A stretch of 50,701 nt of DNA, from assembly GCA_044871085.1 (NCBI GenBank), contig JBIOZI010000377.1, positions 1 through 50,701 on the forward strand, written 5' to 3'. Below are positions 46,286 to 50,701 of this stretch, in pieces. The notes below the pieces were generated by a model. The model did no database searches and had not been told where the DNA came from. It saw nothing but the letters and a program-made list of their open reading frames with translations. The stretch is from Steroidobacteraceae bacterium. Its GTDB lineage: Bacteria; Pseudomonadota; Gammaproteobacteria; Steroidobacterales; Steroidobacteraceae. Each line of letters begins with the position of its first letter. The stretch's first letter is position 1. A program made the position numbers and the translations under genes.

Positions 46286-46325
46286 GGGCGGCAAATCTAC
46301 CGCACCGGCGCGCACCCGTCCCCGG

Positions 46326-46958
46326 CTAGCCGCGCGGCGCGCCGCTGCGCGGCCCGGCGTCGCCGGCTCTCTTGGTCGTGAGACCCCGGGCCGACGCGGC
46401 CCCCGGCGGCGGGCCCGATGCGCATTCGCCGCACACCGGAGTGCGCAGCGCCAGCCGGTCCGTGACGAGCACGCCGGTGCAGTCGCGGCAGTGCGCGACG
46501 CGCAATTCGTCGCCCGCGTGCAGCGCGCCCAGCAGATAGACCGCGTGCTCGAACGAGATCTGCGGCTCGCACACCAGCGCGCGATAGGCCTCGAACGCCT
46601 CGCAGAGCAGCGCGCCACGCGCCACCGTCGGCCCGGGCTGCGCCGCGCGGCTCACGGTGATGGTGTCGCGCGAGATGAGGCCGAACAGACTGCTGACGCT
46701 GGCGAAAACCGCGGCCTCGCGCCGCATGCGCTGCGAGCGCGTGAAGAACGCCGCCTGGCGCGGCGACTTGCCGCGATGCCGCGCGACCCCCGAGCCGTCC
46801 GCCTCGTGCAGGTAGGTGCGGTAGAGCTTGCGGATGCGGTCGTCGGTGAGACCGGTCCATGCACGAATGGTGTGCGTGCGCGCCTCGTGATGGATGAATC
46901 GCAGTGCGAGGTCGAGTCTCAGCCGGTCGCGGCTGTAGCGGTCGTCGGAGATACGCAT
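46326..46958 (-). CDS. FlhC-like zinc-ribbon transcriptional regulator
   Basis: Trimmed to MRISDDRYSRDRLRLDLALRFIHHEARTHTIRAWTGLTDDRIRKLYRTY... This aligns by eye to recalled E. coli FlhC (...[29 protein letters not shown]...). It has CRDC-x15-CGEC versus the FlhC CxxC-x16-CxxC. Confidence 0.5.
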   Translation of the reverse strand: MRISDDRYSRDRLRLDLALRFIHHEARTHTIRAWTGLTDDRIRKLYRTYLHEADGSGVARHRGKSPRQAAFFTRSQRMRREAAVFASVSSLFGLISRDTITVSRAAQPGPTVARGALLCEAFEAYRALVCEPQISFEHAVYLLGALHAGDELRVAHCRDCTGVLVTDRLALRTPVCGECASGPPPGAASARGLTTKRAGDAGPRSGAPRG

Positions 46959-46995
46959 GTTTTTCCCTGCTTTCCCTGAGTGCTCGGAGGTCCTG

Positions 46996-47019
46996 AATTT
47001 GGGAAAAATTTCCCAAATT
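46996..47019. promoter_or_regulatory. perfect AT-rich palindrome (11-bp arms, 2-bp centre) in the divergent FlhC-like/FlhD-like intergenic region; candidate operator
   Basis: AATTTGGGAAA-AA-TTTCCCAAATT. It lies 38 bp from the FlhC-like ATG and 61 bp from the ATG at 47080. It is flanked by two direct TTTCCCTG repeats at 46962-46969 and 46971-46978. Confidence 0.5.
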
Positions 47020-47079
47020 TGGAACTGACTTTCAAGGGGGTCGGGGGCAAGATAACGGGCGCGAACAGGGAGGAATGAC

Positions 47080-47748
47080 ATGAAAAACAGCGGAACATCG
47101 CGGGCGCGCGAAGATGCGCGCCATTGGCTGCCGTCGCAGGGCGTGGATCCGGCGCCGCTCGCCGAGCTCAACGGCGAGTGCCTCGGGTTGCTAGCTACTC
47201 GGGCCGGGCAGTACGCGGAAGGTCGCATGCCGGCCGGCCCGGTGCCGCCGTTGATCGCAGCGTTGCGCGATTCCTGGGCCACGTTGTCCGCCCAGGCGGT
47301 GCGGCGCCTGGCCGCGGCGCCGTTCAGCCTGTTCGACGTCGGCATCCCGCACGCACCGCGCTGGCTCGAGCTGCATGCGCGTGCGGTGCATGATTCCGCC
47401 GAGCGCGTAGAACCCGCGTTTTTCGACCCGGCCGCGGCGCGCTCGATCGCGCGTCGCATGCTTCTCTATGGCTGGCACCTGGCGCGCAGCCGGCCGCGCG
47501 CGGCCTGCCTGGTTTTCGGCGCGCCCATCCACGCCATCGAATCTCTTGCCGCCTGCTCCCTGGCGGGGCTCGAGGCGGTGGCGGAACGCGCGGGAGACAG
47601 CCTGAGGCCACGCTGGGCGGCGCAGCCCGCAATCTGGCGCGAGCTGCTCGACGCCGCGTCGGCCGGGGCCGACAGGCGTCTGCACGAGTTGCTGCTCGGC
47701 GGAGTCCAACGCCTTGCGGCCGAAACACTGGCGGCGCATCCTCCTTGA
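47080..47748 (+). CDS. hypothetical 222-aa helical protein whose C-terminal half is FlhD-like
   Basis: GGGAGGA SD and high GC3. IARRMLLYGWHLARSRPRAACLVFGAPIHAIESLAACSLAGLEAVAERAGDSLRPRW aligns without gaps to recalled E. coli FlhD [57 protein letters not shown]. Confidence 0.45.
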   Translation: MKNSGTSRAREDARHWLPSQGVDPAPLAELNGECLGLLATRAGQYAEGRMPAGPVPPLIAALRDSWATLSAQAVRRLAAAPFSLFDVGIPHAPRWLELHARAVHDSAERVEPAFFDPAAARSIARRMLLYGWHLARSRPRAACLVFGAPIHAIESLAACSLAGLEAVAERAGDSLRPRWAAQPAIWRELLDAASAGADRRLHELLLGGVQRLAAETLAAHPP

Positions 47749-47840
47749 AAACCCGCACGCGCGATCAAGAGGAACGTCACGCGGGTCGCACTCGAATGCC
47801 ACGCGGGCGGAGCCCGCAGTCAACATAACTCGGGGATCTC

Positions 47841-49823
47841 ATGACCAATAGAAAGTCAGCCATTGCGGCGCTGGCCGCCGCAATGGTGTTTTCACTTGGC
47901 GCCAGCGGCGCCACTCGCCAGGAATTACTGGATGCCAGGGCCGCCGTGAAGAGCGGCGACGGTGCACGCCTGGGCTCGAAGCTCATGGCGCTCGAAACCC
48001 TGTCGACGGCGAACCGCTCCTCGGCGGCCGTCTCGCGCATGGCCACACACCGGATGCCGGGCCTGCGCGCCAGCAACGGGTATGTCTCGATCAGCGCGTA
48101 CGGCGATGACCTGCCCGCGCTGCGCACGCAGCTGGTCGCCAAGGGGCTCCTGAACGCGAAGCTGCATGCCACCGCCGTGACCGGCCGCGCGCCCATCAGC
48201 GCGCTCGCCGACATGGCGAAGACCCCAGGGCTCAAGTTCGCGCGGCCCACGCTCGCGATGACGCGGGCCGGCACCGTGCAAACGCAGGGCGATCGCTCGC
48301 TGCGCGCCGAACGCGCGCGCGCCGAGAGTGGCGCCACCGGCAAGGGCATCCGCGTCGGCGTGCTCTCGGACAGCTACGACTGCAATCCCGGCGCGTTCGA
48401 GGAAGGCGCGCCCTTCACGCGTGCCGCACAGGACATCGCGAACAACGACCTGCCGCGCGACGTGCTCCTGCTCAAGGATCTCGACACGGTGCCAAACGAC
48501 GGCTGCTCGGATGAGGGCCGAGCGATGATGCAGCTCATCCACGACGTCGCGCCGGGCGCCTCGCAGGCGTTTTACACGGCGTTCGAGAGCCAGGAGGATT
48601 TCGCCGCCGGCATCCGTGCGCTCGCCAACGCGGGCTCCAAGGTGATCGTCGACGACATCATCTATTTCGCCGAGCCGATGTTCGAAGACGGCATCATCGC
48701 GCAGGCGGTGGACGACGTGTACAAGGCCGGCGTTGCGTATTTCTCCGCGGCCGGCAACGACGCGCGCCATTCCTACGAGTCACGCTTCCGCCGCTCGGGT
48801 GCGCTCGGCATCTCGGGGCCGCTGCACGACTTCTCGCCCGGCGCGGGCATCGACGGGTTCCAGTCCGTCACGGTCGGACCGCAAAGCGACACGCTGCTGG
48901 TCGTCCAGTGGGATCAGCCCTTCCTGTCATCGAATGGCCGGCGCGGCGCGACCACCGACATGGACATCTACTACTACGACCAGAACGGCGACCCCATCAT
49001 CCCGTGCATCTTCCTGCCGGAGGATGCGCCGCTCATCTGCCAGTTTCCGGGCTGGGACGTGAACATCGGCGGCGACGCGGTCGAGTTCCCCGAGCTCATC
49101 AACTTCACCGACGACGAGCTCCAGGTGCAGATCGGCATGGAGGTCTTCGAGGGCCCCGCGCCTAACTTCCTCAAGTACGTGTGGTTCGACTTCGGCGAAG
49201 GCGTCTTCGAGCCGAACGAATACGACACGCACAGCGGAACCGTGTACGGGCACGCCAATGCGAAGGGCGCGGAGGCGGTCGGCGCCTCGGCCTGGTACCA
49301 GACGGAGGAGTGGGGCAGCCCGCTGCGCCCGCAGTGCTTCCCGGCCTGCCTCAATTCCTTCTCCTCGGCGGGCGGCGTTCCCATCCTGTTCGACCTGAAC
49401 GGCAACCGGCTGCGTGCACCCGAAGTGCGCACCAAACCGGGCGTCACCGGGCCGGATGGGGGCAATACCACTTTCTTCATCTTTGACCTGGGTTTCGAAG
49501 TCCCGGGAACCAACGAGCCGGACGGCTTTCCAAACTTCTTTGGGACGTCCGCTTCGGCGCCGCATGTGGCGGCGGTAGCGGCGCTCATGCTCGATCAGCG
49601 CGCACGCGACATCGCGGCCCGCAAGCGTTTCAACGGGCCGAAAAATCTCACTCCAGACCTCGTTTTCCGTGCGCTGCGTCTCACGGCAGACGAGATGAAA
49701 CTGAGAAATTTCGGGGGCGACATCGGGCCGCAACCTGTCGATAATGCGAACGGGTTCGATTTGGACACCGGATTTGGATTCGTGGACGCGCAGCGAGCGT
49801 TGCGCTCCACGCGCGGCTTCTAA
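47841..49823 (+). CDS. secreted S8 (subtilisin-family) serine peptidase
   Basis: Signal peptide. Asp is in GIRVGVLSDSYD, His in MMQLIHDVAPGA and Ser in GTSASAPHVAAVAALM. Confidence 0.85.
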   Translation: MTNRKSAIAALAAAMVFSLGASGATRQELLDARAAVKSGDGARLGSKLMALETLSTANRSSAAVSRMATHRMPGLRASNGYVSISAYGDDLPALRTQLVAKGLLNAKLHATAVTGRAPISALADMAKTPGLKFARPTLAMTRAGTVQTQGDRSLRAERARAESGATGKGIRVGVLSDSYDCNPGAFEEGAPFTRAAQDIANNDLPRDVLLLKDLDTVPNDGCSDEGRAMMQLIHDVAPGASQAFYTAFESQEDFAAGIRALANAGSKVIVDDIIYFAEPMFEDGIIAQAVDDVYKAGVAYFSAAGNDARHSYESRFRRSGALGISGPLHDFSPGAGIDGFQSVTVGPQSDTLLVVQWDQPFLSSNGRRGATTDMDIYYYDQNGDPIIPCIFLPEDAPLICQFPGWDVNIGGDAVEFPELINFTDDELQVQIGMEVFEGPAPNFLKYVWFDFGEGVFEPNEYDTHSGTVYGHANAKGAEAVGASAWYQTEEWGSPLRPQCFPACLNSFSSAGGVPILFDLNGNRLRAPEVRTKPGVTGPDGGNTTFFIFDLGFEVPGTNEPDGFPNFFGTSASAPHVAAVAALMLDQRARDIAARKRFNGPKNLTPDLVFRALRLTADEMKLRNFGGDIGPQPVDNANGFDLDTGFGFVDAQRALRSTRGF

Positions 49824-49830
49824 CAAGCTT

Positions 49831-49876
49831 CGGACACACCGGCATCCGCCCTCCCGGGCGGGTGCCGGTGTGTCCG
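49831..49876 (+). terminator. very strong hairpin after the S8 peptidase gene (no U-tract)
   Basis: Arms 49831-49851 and 49856-49876 give about 21 bp (one G-U pair) around the tetraloop tccc. The outer 14 bp are perfect (cggacacaccggca/tgccggtgtgtccg). Confidence 0.5.
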
Positions 49877-49915
49877 GCTGGTGAGCCGCCCAGCAGCGAC
49901 GGAGCCAGCCAGACA

Positions 49916-50596
49916 ATGACATTGATCGCGCGCACAGCGCTTTTCGCCTTCATCCTCGCCCCCGCCGCCGCGTTCGCCCAGACGGGCCCGGCCGAGCCCC
50001 AGGTCATCGCCGCAGCCAGCACCGCCAAGATCAACGCCGGTTCGCGCAAGCTCGCCGGGCAGGTCGTCGCGACGGTGCGCGTGGATGCCGAGGGTCGCGT
50101 GAGCGACGTCCAGGTCACGGAGAACACCACGGAATCGGGCTTCGAGCCGCAGCTCGTCAAGGTGCTGCAGAGCGCGCGCTTCCGGCCGGCCATCGACGCG
50201 TCGGGCCGTCCGGTGGAAGCCAGCGTCGACATGAAAGTGGAGCTGCGTCCCTCGACCGGCGCCACGCCCAAGCCCGTGGCCGCCAAGCCCGACCCGCAGC
50301 TCACCGACAAGGAAAAGGCGCGCATCCGGAAAATGCGCTGCTCCGATTTCATCTGGGAGTGGGAGCTGCTGCGCGACAAGGCCGATGACGCGGCCGCCAC
50401 CGAGTTCATGCCGCGCATCGCCGTGTCGATGTACACCGCGTTGCGCACCGAAGCCGGCGAATACGTCGACGCCAAGGTATGGAAGGCCTCGGCCAAGGCG
50501 CTGCGCGACTCCGCCGACCGCTGCAAGGACAACGCCTCCGCGCCGTTCTTCGACGGCGTGTTCCGCACGGTTCTCGACGAAGCCGTGCCCAAGTGA
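49916..50596 (+). CDS. secreted TonB C-terminal-domain protein with two-Cys helical domain (paralog of 11520..12206)
   Basis: Trimmed to MTLIARTALFAFILAPAAAFAQ. TonB_C-like segment is AGQVVATVRVDAEGRVSDVQVTENTTESGFEPQLVKVLQSARFRP. The C-terminal part has ...CSDFIWEW...ADRCKDNASAPFFDGVFRTVLD. Confidence 0.55.
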   Translation: MTLIARTALFAFILAPAAAFAQTGPAEPQVIAAASTAKINAGSRKLAGQVVATVRVDAEGRVSDVQVTENTTESGFEPQLVKVLQSARFRPAIDASGRPVEASVDMKVELRPSTGATPKPVAAKPDPQLTDKEKARIRKMRCSDFIWEWELLRDKADDAAATEFMPRIAVSMYTALRTEAGEYVDAKVWKASAKALRDSADRCKDNASAPFFDGVFRTVLDEAVPK

Positions 50597-50701
50597 CCGC
50601 CCTGGCCCTGGCCCGGGCCCTATCCCGTCGGAAAGATTGATTTCCAACCGGGAAGCCTCAAGCTCGCGGGCAACATGTACGCATTGTCGATTCGTGGGCT
50701 G

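Noticed and set aside
47841-50596. S8 peptidase plus downstream protein as a RiPP/lanthipeptide-type or secretion-system locus.
   Set aside because: No precursor peptide, modification enzyme, ABC transporter or secretion components are present. It is treated only as a possible target of the adjacent FlhDC-like pair.
50675-50701. Possible start of another gene (ATGTACGCATTGTCGATTCGTGGGCTG) at the right edge.
   Set aside because: Only 9 codons are visible, which is not enough to support a call.

Overview
This 50.7-kb window is high-GC (about two-thirds G+C by eye) and reads as chromosomal core from a gammaproteobacterium with Xanthomonadales/Nevskiales-like gene content. That taxonomic guess rests on an acyl-ornithine-type transcarbamylase, the glnK-amtB-ubiK-comM block, the engB/cytochrome c4/dsbA/polA neighbourhood and tamAB. 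I call about 50 CDS, one tRNA-Arg(CCG), several hairpin terminators, a sigma-54 promoter candidate and two short tandem repeats. I saw no rRNA, CRISPR array, transposase, phage integrase or prophage genes. Most long ORFs in the six-frame track are antisense or out-of-frame shadows, or 5' over-extensions, of real genes. I trimmed starts by hand using N-terminal homology patterns, Shine-Dalgarno-like motifs and stop/start overlaps. Gene content from left to right: DUF938 methyltransferase, hslVU, xerC-DUF484-dapF, a small accessory-looking block (membrane protein, GNAT, VOC, secreted glycoside-hydrolase-like protein, CoA-binding protein, DUF2167, ferredoxin-like ORF, TonB_C lipoprotein), oxidoreductase plus a LytS/AlgZ-type kinase and LytTR regulator, DUF4124, glnK-amtB, ubiK, comM, cytochrome c5, tRNA-Arg, corA, dsbA, cytochrome c4, engB, a small OMP, polA, lptM-like, thioesterase, a ten-gene arginine run (argR-argG-X-argC-argD-argF'-argB-argH and two more), YiiX-like hydrolase plus partner, alkB, tamBA, NRDE, nudC, a divergent FlhC-like/FlhD-like pair, an S8 protease and a second TonB_C protein. 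The most interesting items are: (1) an unassigned 360-aa ORF translationally wedged between argG and argC in an operon with no recognisable argA/argJ/argE; (2) an orphan FlhD/FlhC-like pair flanking a perfect AT-rich 24-bp palindrome next to a secreted protease; (3) a 38-bp tandem repeat at the kinase/regulator junction that creates two chained 13-codon mini-ORFs; (4) a 120-bp structured palindrome after hslU; (5) dispersed, strongly over-represented AT-rich words built on rare codons, including exact 16- and 17-mers shared by unrelated genes. All family assignments come from hand-read motifs and memory, not from searches.
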